Assembly: GCA_045541255.1 (NCBI GenBank)
Contig: JAZQIU010000051.1
Span: 1 to 61,293 of the forward strand
Direction of reading: 5' to 3'
DNA from: Bacilli bacterium
Lineage (GTDB): Bacteria > Bacillota_I > Bacilli_A > RF39 > UBA660
Length of the DNA stretch: 61,293 nucleotides
The notes beneath the pieces are model-generated. The model worked only from the letters and a program-made list of their open reading frames with translations, had not been told where the DNA came from and ran no database searches. The position numbers and the translations under genes are program-made. Of this stretch, positions 19,638 to 28,699 are shown one piece after another. Every line of letters starts with the position of its first letter. Position 1 is the first letter of the stretch.

Positions 19638-21908
19638 TTACTTAAATATTTCATCATATATTTCTTGATAATTTTTAACTAATTTAATATTAATATTATT
19701 TTTTACATTTTCTGGTATATCATTTAAATCAATCTTATTATTAAACGGTATATAAACTGTCTTAATATCATTGTTATAAGCACCTATAATTTTTTCTTTA
19801 ATACCACCTACTGCTAGTATATCACCATTTAAAGTAATTTCTCCAGTCATAGCAATATCACTAGGCACTATTTTATTTTTTAAAACACTTAATATAGAAG
19901 TTACTATTGCAGCACCACCACTAGAGCCATCTTTTTTTATACCAGCATTCAATGCATTAATATGTAAATCCAATTTATTAAAATCTACATTAGTATATTT
20001 TTTATATTTAATAAAACTAATACCAACCGAAATACTTTCTTTTAATATTTTTTCAATATTACCAGTTGTTATTATATTTCCATTACCACTTAATTTAATA
20101 CATTCTATCTTTTGAATATTACCACCATAAGGAGTCCAAGCCAAACAATTTACTACTCCCTTATGATTATCAATTTTTTCTTTAGTATACTTAGGTTCTC
20201 CTAATATCTTATTTACATAATCAAATGTTATACTTTTAATTTTATTATTTTCTAAATAATAATTTCTAATTAATCTTTTTAATATTCTATCTAACTCTCT
20301 TACTCCTGCTTCTTTTGTATAATTATTAATTATATAAAGAATTATATCATCACTAAAGTTTATTTTCTTTACACCATATTTTATAAAAATATCCGGTATT
20401 AAATATTTTTTAGCTATATCCATTTTTTCATATTCTGTATAAGAATTAACTTCTATAATTTCCAATCTATCTTTTAAAGCAGAAGGTATATCTTCTAAAT
20501 TATTAGCAGTCAAAATAAACATTACTTTAGATAAATCAATAGGTTCTTCAATATAATTATCTATAAACATAGTATTTTGTGATTCATCCAATATATCCAA
20601 TAAAGTACTAGTAGGATCTCCTTTAAAATCATGAGACATTTTATCTACTTCATCAATTAATATAACAGGATTCATAACACCACATTTATTTATACCTTGT
20701 ATTATCTTACCAGGATTAGCACCTAAAAATGTTTTCCTATGCCCTACTAACTCACTAGAATCATTTAAGCCACCAACACTTATCTTATAAAATTCTCTAT
20801 TCAACGATGCACTAATACTTATTCCTAAAGTAGTTTTACCAACACCAGGAGGACCAACTAAACAAAGTATTGGATTGGATACATCTTTATTAATCTTCTT
20901 AATACTTACAAACTCCAATATACGCTTCTTTATATTTTCTAAACCATAATGAGTTTTGTCTAAATTCTTTTTAACATTTGTTAAATTAGTTTCTTCCATA
21001 GAATAATTATTCCATGGTAGATTTAAAACCCATTCCAAATAATTTCTTATTACACTAGCATCAGGACTATTATCATTAGTATATTCATAACGTTTAATCT
21101 CATTATATAACTTATTCTTAGTCTTATCAGGTAATACTAAATCATCTAATATTTCTTTATAATGATTTACTTCTACTTGTTTATCAGTTAATATTCCTAA
21201 TTCATTATTTAACTTATTTATTTTTTCTTTTAAAATATAATCTCTTTGTTCTTTTTCAAACTTTTCTCTTATTTCATCATCTATTCTAGTATCTAAATTA
21301 ATAACTTCTAACTCTATATTAATATCTTTAATTAAATCTTCAGCACGTTTAATATAATTAAATTCATTCATATATATAAGTTTCTTACTTTGATCCATAG
21401 GTAAAAACGAAACAATAATATCAGTAAGAGTATCCAAATCAGTAACATTCTCTATACTAGATGTTATTACATTACTTGATTCACTATTTATTAAAATATA
21501 TTCATTTATAAGTTCTTTTAATTTTCTAGATAAAGCGGTCTCTTTCACTTCATCATAAGTCTTAATATATAATCTTTTAACAGTACTTTTTAATATACCA
21601 TTATTAGTTTGAAAATATTCTAAAACTTGTACTCTATTAATACCTTTTATAATTATTCTATAATTACCATTAGGCAACTTTATTTTAGTCTTAATTTTAC
21701 CTATAACACCTACTTTAGGTAAATCAGTTGTAGTAGGCTTTTCTTCTAATAAATTTATAGGACTAATAACTAAAATATTTGAATTAAAATTCTTAACAGC
21801 ATCATCTATAGCAGTCTTAGATACATCATTATTTATTTCTAAACGTATTTCTTGATTAGGCAACAATATTAGCTTTTTCAAAAGTAAAATCGGTAAATTT
21901 TCTTTCAT
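19638..21908 (-). CDS. lon: ATP-dependent Lon protease
   Basis: GPPGVGKT, DEVDK, KDGSSGG (catalytic Ser) and GGIKEK (catalytic Lys). Confidence 0.95.
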   Translation of the reverse strand: MKENLPILLLKKLILLPNQEIRLEINNDVSKTAIDDAVKNFNSNILVISPINLLEEKPTTTDLPKVGVIGKIKTKIKLPNGNYRIIIKGINRVQVLEYFQTNNGILKSTVKRLYIKTYDEVKETALSRKLKELINEYILINSESSNVITSSIENVTDLDTLTDIIVSFLPMDQSKKLIYMNEFNYIKRAEDLIKDINIELEVINLDTRIDDEIREKFEKEQRDYILKEKINKLNNELGILTDKQVEVNHYKEILDDLVLPDKTKNKLYNEIKRYEYTNDNSPDASVIRNYLEWVLNLPWNNYSMEETNLTNVKKNLDKTHYGLENIKKRILEFVSIKKINKDVSNPILCLVGPPGVGKTTLGISISASLNREFYKISVGGLNDSSELVGHRKTFLGANPGKIIQGINKCGVMNPVILIDEVDKMSHDFKGDPTSTLLDILDESQNTMFIDNYIEEPIDLSKVMFILTANNLEDIPSALKDRLEIIEVNSYTEYEKMDIAKKYLIPDIFIKYGVKKINFSDDIILYIINNYTKEAGVRELDRILKRLIRNYYLENNKIKSITFDYVNKILGEPKYTKEKIDNHKGVVNCLAWTPYGGNIQKIECIKLSGNGNIITTGNIEKILKESISVGISFIKYKKYTNVDFNKLDLHINALNAGIKKDGSSGGAAIVTSILSVLKNKIVPSDIAMTGEITLNGDILAVGGIKEKIIGAYNNDIKTVYIPFNNKIDLNDIPENVKNNINIKLVKNYQEIYDEIFK

Positions 21909-22014
21909 ATTGCTACCTCCTCGCCAATTGAATTTTATTATAAAAGGAATATAACTTTTTGTAAAGAGAAAAGCAAAAAAAAATCAAATTTTCATTTGAT
22001 TTCTTATTTTCATA

Positions 22015-22728
22015 TTATCTTATATCAACTAAGATATCTAAAGCAGCTTTATTTTCAATATTTTGATTAGCATCAACATTATTATAAGTTACTTTTAAAA
22101 TATAATAATGAGTTGTTTTAGCTGATTCAGAAGCTGAAGCTAAAATTGTTGCATCATCAAGAATAATTTGAGGGTCTGCATTAGTTTTATTATATCCTAC
22201 AGCTGTGTCTGCAGTTCCTACTACTTTATCAGAAGTAGCTAATGTAGCTAATTCACCATCTAATGAATCTACTTTATATAATGTATAAACAATATTATTA
22301 TAAGTAGAACCATTATAACATTCAGTTAATGTAGCTCTTTCAGCATATGCTGTATCAGTATAGCAATTAGTAGTATCTGTAGCATGTACAAATGGAATAG
22401 CATAATCATTACCAGCTTCATTCTTTTCAGCATTTACAGGAACAGTTTCTAAGAATACATCATATAATGCATTTGCTTCTGTACTATTATTTACAACAGT
22501 AAATGATTTGTATACAGATTCACCAGGTATTACGTCAGCCATTTCAATAACACCGTTTCCATCAGCATATTGTACTGAAGCTAATCTTGCAGTACTTACA
22601 TTTACAGTTTCAGTATCAACTTCTCCTGTAATTCTAGTTACGAAGTATGCATATGTAACTCCAATAATTGTTAGGGTAACCATAAATACAGCTGCAATCC
22701 CTAAAGTTAATTTTTGTTTTGTGTTCAT
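22015..22728 (-). CDS. TasA/CalY-like protein with SipW-class signal peptide
   Basis: Leader ending GVTYAYF; VIPG, KSFTV.N and NQN motifs; N-terminus similar to 28700-30565. Confidence 0.7.
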   Translation of the reverse strand: MNTKQKLTLGIAAVFMVTLTIIGVTYAYFVTRITGEVDTETVNVSTARLASVQYADGNGVIEMADVIPGESVYKSFTVVNNSTEANALYDVFLETVPVNAEKNEAGNDYAIPFVHATDTTNCYTDTAYAERATLTECYNGSTYNNIVYTLYKVDSLDGELATLATSDKVVGTADTAVGYNKTNADPQIILDDATILASASESAKTTHYYILKVTYNNVDANQNIENKAALDILVDIR

Positions 22729-22754
22729 CTTTCTTTATCCTCCTACAATAAAAT
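22724..22754 (-). repeat. 31-bp leader/RBS repeat, copy 2
   Basis: Identical to 14976-15006. Confidence 0.9.
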
Positions 22755-22792
22755 TATATTATATGTCATATTAGTAAGTCAAGACTAAAATT

Positions 22793-23344
22793 TTAATGTT
22801 TTGATATTTTTGACACATTTAATTTTATTTTACTAAACACATCTTCACCAGTCTCAGTTTTAGCTTCTAAAACTAAATATAACCCATCACTTATTAACTC
22901 TTTTTTATACCTTGTAAAATGATTTGGATTACTATTTTTTTCTACAATATTAAACGAAGAAAAATTATTGATTAATTCACTTAATTTTACACTACTTTCC
23001 AACTCTAAAGTATTACTTATTATTTCAACTAATTTAGTGTCATCCATAACATAATAACCAATTTTATAACTCTTTATATCATAATCTACACCATTAATAT
23101 ATTCTATATTATTTCCATTTATCAAATTAATATCTGTATTAAAAGCAATAATACCATCACTCACTCTTATATATTCATCACTACCACTAAAAGAATATAT
23201 TTTATTACTAGAAATTGTATAATAAGCAAAAGCTAATAAAATTATATTTATAACAAATGATATATATATAATTGTTCTATAAGATTTAATAGCATTTAAT
23301 AATTTATCTTTAACCATCTTTTTCTTACTTTTTTTATTTTTCAT
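22793..23344 (-). CDS. Hypothetical single-TM protein
   Basis: Basic N-terminus, TM helix, extracellular domain; last gene of the mraZ operon. Confidence 0.6.
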   Translation of the reverse strand: MKNKKSKKKMVKDKLLNAIKSYRTIIYISFVINIILLAFAYYTISSNKIYSFSGSDEYIRVSDGIIAFNTDINLINGNNIEYINGVDYDIKSYKIGYYVMDDTKLVEIISNTLELESSVKLSELINNFSSFNIVEKNSNPNHFTRYKKELISDGLYLVLEAKTETGEDVFSKIKLNVSKISKH

Positions 23345-23354
23345 AATTCACCCT

Positions 23355-25442
23355 CTAACCTAAATTAATAATCAATTTACTATTAATTTCTTCTCCAACA
23401 GGAATGTTAGTACTAATTACTTTACCACTTCCAATTAATTCATACTCAACATTCATAAAATTCATCAAAGTTTTAACCTCACTTTTAGTAAATCCAGTTA
23501 TATCAATCATAATTTTTCTATCACTATTAGTTCTTAAATAAACTTTTGAACCAATAACAATATTTTTATCCTTTTTTGGATATTGTTCTACAATTAAATC
23601 ACCATCACCAATTATAACAGGAGTTAAACCTTTTTCTTTTAAATTTAAACTTATATCACTAACATATTTATTTAAATAAGATTCTAAATTGACATATTTA
23701 GTTTCATCTTTATTACTTTCTCTTTCGCTTAAATTTTTATATTTAGCAATAGATTCTACTATTGTCTTAGTCATATTCCCCATTGCACTACTAGTTCCAT
23801 CTAAATCTTTTACAGCAACATATATAATATATTCAGGATTATCTTTAGGGAATACTCCAGCAAAAGATCTTATATTATATATACCACTAGAATATTTACC
23901 ACTACTAGTTGTATATTGTGCTGTACCTGTTTTACCAATTAATCTAACAGCATCTGTTTGATAGACTTTTCCAGTTGCAGCTCTATCTTCACCATTTACA
24001 GTTAAATCCATTAAAGACACTACTTTTTCTATAGTACTTTCGCTATATACTTTTGATAATTCTTCCCTTTTTCCCTCATAAATAACATCACCATCTTGAT
24101 CTGTGATTTTATTAACTATATAAGGTTTCAAAACATTACCTTTATTTGTTAAAGTAGTTAATGCCTGAATAATTTGAATAGGTGTTACTGTTATACCTTG
24201 ACCATAAGAAGCAGCCGCTAATTCACTAGCATACATAAAGTTTACTTTACCATTTAATTCACCGTGTAACTCAACACCAGTCTTTTGTCCAAAACCTAAT
24301 TCAGTATAATAATCCAATAATTTTTCTTTACCTAATTTTTGTGCTAATAAAGTAGCAGCAACATTTGAAGAATAAGTAAAACCAACATCATATGTTATAG
24401 TTCCCCAACCTTTATCATTCCAATCATCAATAACATATTCATCTACTACTATTGACCCAGATTGATAAGTTGCATCTCCTTTATATAAACCTTCTTCAAT
24501 ACTAGATGCAAAACTAAATATTTTCATTGTACTTCCAGGTTCATATGTATATGCAACTAAAGGATTATTATAATTTGTAATATTTAATTTATTAGCATCA
24601 AATGTAGGATTTGATGCACTACCAACTATTGCACCAGTTTTAGCATCCGCTACAGTAACGGTTACCCAATCAGTTGAATAATTAGTAACTAAATCACTTA
24701 CAGCATTTTCTAAATACATTTGAATATTAGAATCAATAGTTAGTTCAATATTATAACCATTAAGAGCCTTTTTCTCTTGTACAGGAGTACCTGCTATTTG
24801 ATACCCATAAGGATCTTTTTGATATTTATAATATCCATCTTCTCCACTTAATTCATCATCATAGTAAGATTCTATTCCCATTTCCCCTACTATATCACCA
24901 TTATCATTCTTTTTAGCATACCCTATAATATATGATGCAAAACTACCATAAGGATAGTATCTTTTACTTGTTTTGGTAAAATCTATACCTGGCAAATTTA
25001 ATTCTTCTATCTTTTCTTTCAATAATTCACTTATACCTCTACCCTCAGGTCCTAATTCTACTTGATATGCATCTCTATTTAATAAACCTCTAAGCCTCTC
25101 CTCATCCATCTCTAACACTGGAGCTAAAGCCTTAACGGTACTTTCTACATCTACAACATGTTGAGGATTTTTCTCATTTTTAGTTCTTGATGAAGATAAA
25201 TATGCAATAACTGTATATGAATTTACATTCTCCGCCAAAACTTCTCCAGAACAATCATAAATACTTCCACGTGAAGCATATAAAGTTTTATTTCCAGTAG
25301 TACGAGATAAAGCAAACTCTCCTATATTAATCCCATCTATTGTTGTACTAGCTGAAACATATATTAATTTAGCTATTATTAAAGCAAATAAAAGAACAAT
25401 GCCCACAATAAGAAATTTATTTATCTTTACTGCATTGTTCAT
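23355..25442 (-). CDS. pbpB: Class B penicillin-binding protein (divisional, PASTA domains)
   Basis: STMK, SSN and KTG motifs; follows ftsL. Confidence 0.9.
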   Translation of the reverse strand: MNNAVKINKFLIVGIVLLFALIIAKLIYVSASTTIDGINIGEFALSRTTGNKTLYASRGSIYDCSGEVLAENVNSYTVIAYLSSSRTKNEKNPQHVVDVESTVKALAPVLEMDEERLRGLLNRDAYQVELGPEGRGISELLKEKIEELNLPGIDFTKTSKRYYPYGSFASYIIGYAKKNDNGDIVGEMGIESYYDDELSGEDGYYKYQKDPYGYQIAGTPVQEKKALNGYNIELTIDSNIQMYLENAVSDLVTNYSTDWVTVTVADAKTGAIVGSASNPTFDANKLNITNYNNPLVAYTYEPGSTMKIFSFASSIEEGLYKGDATYQSGSIVVDEYVIDDWNDKGWGTITYDVGFTYSSNVAATLLAQKLGKEKLLDYYTELGFGQKTGVELHGELNGKVNFMYASELAAASYGQGITVTPIQIIQALTTLTNKGNVLKPYIVNKITDQDGDVIYEGKREELSKVYSESTIEKVVSLMDLTVNGEDRAATGKVYQTDAVRLIGKTGTAQYTTSSGKYSSGIYNIRSFAGVFPKDNPEYIIYVAVKDLDGTSSAMGNMTKTIVESIAKYKNLSERESNKDETKYVNLESYLNKYVSDISLNLKEKGLTPVIIGDGDLIVEQYPKKDKNIVIGSKVYLRTNSDRKIMIDITGFTKSEVKTLMNFMNVEYELIGSGKVISTNIPVGEEINSKLIINLG

Positions 25443-25455
25443 AATCCACCTTCTC

Positions 25456-25749
25456 CTATTTAATTACAATTATATTATCATTATTATATGATAATCCATA
25501 AAATTCTGCAATATCTTGAATGTTTGATAGACTAGCAAGTTCATTAACTTGCATTTCCAAACTCTCATTAATATTTTCTTGTTTTTCAACTTTTTTCTTA
25601 ACTCTTTCTAGTTCAATATTACTACGAGATAATATTGATTTACTAGAAACAGTAACCACAGGAGCTAAAGTACCGAATAAAATAATTAAAAAAACAAATA
25701 TTTTTTCACCTTTTAAAAACTTAATTTTCTTACCCTTATTTCTTTTCAT
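25456..25749 (-). CDS. ftsL: Cell division protein FtsL
   Basis: TM plus coiled coil; position between rsmH and pbp. Confidence 0.8.
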   Translation of the reverse strand: MKRNKGKKIKFLKGEKIFVFLIILFGTLAPVVTVSSKSILSRSNIELERVKKKVEKQENINESLEMQVNELASLSNIQDIAEFYGLSYNNDNIIVIK

Positions 25750-25751
25750 AA

Positions 25752-26672
25752 TTATAACCTCTCTATTATTCTTAATTTAGCACTTTTACTCCTACTATTT
25801 TTTTCTATTTCTTCACCACTAGCCACTATTGGCTTATTATTAACTATCTTAATTAATGGTTTATATTCATCAGGAATATTAGGCATTCCTTTAACCACTT
25901 CATCTACTTCACTAAACTTCTTAAATATTTTTTTTACTATTCTATCTTCTAAAGAATGAAATGTTATAACACATAATCTTCCACCCTTATTAAGTAAATT
26001 TATTGCATCAGGTAAAACATCATTCAAAACATTCAATTCACTATTAACTTCTATTCTTAAAGCCTGAAATATTTGTCTCTCAGGATGTTTAGTAACAAAA
26101 TATTTTTTAGGAACAGATGATTCAATTATTCCAACTAATTCTAATGTTGTTTCTATCTCTTTATTTTCTCTATATTTAACAATATTATTCGCTATAACTT
26201 TAGAAAACTTTTCTTCTCCAAAACTATAAAATATATTTGTTAATTCATTTAAACTATATTCATTTACTATTTTCTTTGCAGTCAATTCATTTCTAGTATC
26301 CATTCTCATATCCAATGTAGCATCTTTCATAAATGAAAAACCACGTTCACCATTATCAATTTGAGGACTTGATACTCCTAAATCTAAAAGAATACCATCT
26401 ACTTTATCTACGCCTAAGTCATTTAATACTTTTTTCATATTTACAAAATTATCTCTTATAATTTTATAATTAGCCCCTATTTCACTTAGTTTTTCATTTG
26501 ATTTAGAAACTGCAAAATCATCTTGATCAAAACCATATAGAAAACCATTTGGTATTTGTTTTAATATTTCACTACTATGTCCTGCTAAACCGATAGTCCC
26601 ATCAACATATATACCAGTATCTTTAATATTTAAATTTTCTATACACTCTTGTTTCAACACACTATAATGCAT
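25752..26672 (-). CDS. rsmH: 16S rRNA C1402 methyltransferase RsmH
   Basis: HYSVL, DLGVSSPQ, FQALRIEVN and FHSLEDRIVK. Confidence 0.97.
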   Translation of the reverse strand: MHYSVLKQECIENLNIKDTGIYVDGTIGLAGHSSEILKQIPNGFLYGFDQDDFAVSKSNEKLSEIGANYKIIRDNFVNMKKVLNDLGVDKVDGILLDLGVSSPQIDNGERGFSFMKDATLDMRMDTRNELTAKKIVNEYSLNELTNIFYSFGEEKFSKVIANNIVKYRENKEIETTLELVGIIESSVPKKYFVTKHPERQIFQALRIEVNSELNVLNDVLPDAINLLNKGGRLCVITFHSLEDRIVKKIFKKFSEVDEVVKGMPNIPDEYKPLIKIVNNKPIVASGEEIEKNSRSKSAKLRIIERL

Positions 26673-26674
26673 AA

Positions 26675-27151
26675 TTATTCTCCCCCAAATAAATTTTCTG
26701 CAATACTAGCAAAATTTTCTTCGTTACTATCAAAGAAATTATTCCATGCACCTTCATCCCATATTTCTAGTCGGTCATTAGCGCCGATTATAACGCAATC
26801 TTTAGTTAAACCGGCGTATTTGACCAATGGGGAGGTAATGCCTACTCGACCAGATTTGTCAAGCACACATTCAGTAGCACCAGACAAAAAGAATCTGGTG
26901 AAATCACGTGAGTCTTTTTTTGTAAATGGTAACGTTCTTAATTTGCTTACTATATTTTCCCATTCGACCAAAGAATATACAAATAAACAGTTCTCAAGAC
27001 CGCGAGTAATAACAAACTTTTCTCCAAGTTCACTTCTAAACTTACTAGGAATAATCAATCTGTTTTTTTCATCAATACTATGATGATACTCACCCATCAA
27101 CATATTATTCCCCACTTTCTTCCACAATGTACCACTGTATACATAAATCAT
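26675..27151 (-). CDS. mraZ: Transcriptional regulator MraZ; start probably 27103
   Basis: GEYHHSIDEKNR, DKSGR and EIWD. Confidence 0.95.
   Translation of the reverse strand: MIYVYSGTLWKKVGNNMLMGEYHHSIDEKNRLIIPSKFRSELGEKFVITRGLENCLFVYSLVEWENIVSKLRTLPFTKKDSRDFTRFFLSGATECVLDKSGRVGITSPLVKYAGLTKDCVIIGANDRLEIWDEGAWNNFFDSNEENFASIAENLFGGE
27111..27136 (-). promoter_or_regulatory. MraZ-binding repeats
   Basis: Three GTGG direct repeats with exact 10-bp period (27112, 27122, 27132) just upstream of the mraZ start. Confidence 0.75.
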
Positions 27152-27230
27152 ACACTAAGTTTTCATAAAATACAATATAAAGATTAAAAATTCAACAAAA
27201 AAAATTTACATTTTACAAGAAAACGTAAAT

Positions 27231-28121
27231 TTAATTTAAAATATAAGTAGTTTCAAATATTCTTTTATCACTTGAATATTCTAAAATAAATTTATTACCT
27301 TTTTTTACAATTATTATTCCTATAGTCCTATCTTGACTTATACTCTTTACATTCTTATCTATATAATTCATATACACTTCTATTTGTCCTATATGTTCTT
27401 TCTTTAGTTCAGTAATTTTTAATTCAATAACAACATAACAATTATACTTAATATTAAAAAATAATAAATCAATATAATTATAAGTATCTCCTATCTTTAC
27501 CTTATATTCACTACCAATAAAAGAAAATCCTTCACCTAATTCTTTCATGAAATTTTCTAAATCTTCTAATATTAATTGTTTTAATATTTTCTCTGTAATA
27601 ATTTCATAATTATTAGTATTTTTTATGATTATAGGATTTTTCACAAAATCATTTACAACTAATTTTTCTTTATTTATTAACTTTAACTTAGTTTTTTCAT
27701 CTAATCTTTTATATTCATTATTTTTTATTCTATCATGCAATTGTCTATAAGATAAATTTTGCTGTAAAGATATATTAATATAATAGTTGATTTCGTTATA
27801 ATCCTTTAACATTAATAACTCTGTATAATGACTCCAAGTCAATTGTGTCGGCATAGCCGACACTTTTTCATTACTAAAAATTTTATAAAACTGCCTCATT
27901 CTAAAAAGTGTTCTTTTATTATATTTTTTCCCTACTTCAACCATTAGCTTAGTACTGTATTTCTCCATTATTGTTTCACCATATTTACTGCCAGCCTCAT
28001 ACAATAACTTCCCCACATTACAATAAGTTTTCAAATCACTTCTATTCTTGCTATAATCTTTTACTTTCTTATATACTTCATTATTTATTAATTCAGTTTT
28101 TATTTCATTATAATAACTCAT
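27231..28121 (-). CDS. yhcG: YhcG/DUF1016 PD-(D/E)XK nuclease-domain protein
   Basis: LTWSHY, ELGEGFSFIG, IDLLFFN and YVVIELK...GQ..Y. Confidence 0.9.
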   Translation of the reverse strand: MSYYNEIKTELINNEVYKKVKDYSKNRSDLKTYCNVGKLLYEAGSKYGETIMEKYSTKLMVEVGKKYNKRTLFRMRQFYKIFSNEKVSAMPTQLTWSHYTELLMLKDYNEINYYINISLQQNLSYRQLHDRIKNNEYKRLDEKTKLKLINKEKLVVNDFVKNPIIIKNTNNYEIITEKILKQLILEDLENFMKELGEGFSFIGSEYKVKIGDTYNYIDLLFFNIKYNCYVVIELKITELKKEHIGQIEVYMNYIDKNVKSISQDRTIGIIIVKKGNKFILEYSSDKRIFETTYILN

Positions 28122-28133
28122 ATAAAACTCCTC

Positions 28134-28151
28134 TCACTATACATATAGTGA
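28134..28151. promoter_or_regulatory. Palindrome abutting the yhcG SD
   Basis: TCACTATA-ca-TATAGTGA; near-identical copy at 17689-17706. Confidence 0.6.
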
Positions 28152-28179
28152 TTTTTTCGGTAATTCCTTTTTATTCAAC

Positions 28180-28500
28180 AAAAAAAGACTGTAATTTATA
28201 CAAATGCCCTTTCGTATTAACTACTTACACATTTATATTTTACAATCTATTTATTTAGGTTTTACCCAAGGAAATATGCTTGTTTCAGGTAGGCATCTCT
28301 CTACCATAGCATTATTATGTTATGAGATAGCCACAAATCTGAAATTAAGGGGCGCAGACTGTTATTGTTGTTCACATTGTTGTTGTTCACGTTGCCATCA
28401 TTGTTAACGTTGAATGCGTTATCGTTACCATTGAAGTTGGCCGGAGAGAGAAGGAATGTAAAAATCTCTCACCAACTCTATGCTAACCCAAATAGCATCA
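28180..28500 (-). ncRNA. Putative stand-alone DGR template RNA (5' hairpins, TR, structured 3' spacer, U-tract)
   Basis: 5' hairpin AUGCUA/UAGCAU; TR; 3' long stem AGAUUGUAA/UUACAGUCU enclosing an AGUA/GAA motif, then a U-run; boundaries approximate. Confidence 0.6.
28349..28451 (-). repeat. DGR template repeat (TR)
   Basis: Non-coding, AAC/AAT-rich copy of the VR (reads LSPANFNGNDNAFNVNNDGNVNNNNVNNNNSLRP); shares both ends with the VR. Confidence 0.92.
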
Positions 28501-28618
28501 TTCCCCAAAATAAAAATATATATAAATTTTTATTTTCATAATTTTAGTAAAGATTTTTTTATCTTTTCACTTTAACTTACACACTATCGTGTATATTAAA
28601 TACTCTTTTTATATTAAT

Positions 28619-28646
28619 AGTCCTGTGGAAAGGTTTCCACAGGACT
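28619..28646. other. Perfect 13-bp inverted repeat (cruciform/hairpin) downstream of the DGR target
   Basis: AGTCCTGTGGAAA-gg-TTTCCACAGGACT. Confidence 0.8.
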
Positions 28647-28674
28647 GTTCTTCTTAGATTTATAGATCATGGAC

Positions 28675-28689
28675 GTAGTCTTCGACTAC
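28675..28689 (-). other. GAA-triloop hairpin just after the target stop codon
   Basis: GTAGTC-GAA-GACTAC on the minus strand. Confidence 0.65.
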
Positions 28690-28699
28690 TTTACCATCC

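Noticed and set aside
19900-19940. Lon active-site variant KDGSSGG instead of KDGPSAG, suggesting inactivity
   Set aside because: Catalytic Ser and Lys and both Walker motifs are retained
28204-28407. 67-aa Cys/His-rich plus-strand ORF (CYCCSHCCCSRCHHC)
   Set aside because: It is the antisense reading of the AAC-rich TR; no SD; not a metallothionein
28361-28440. GTT/AAC microsatellite or CRISPR-like repeat
   Set aside because: No repeat-spacer periodicity and no cas genes; fully explained as a DGR TR
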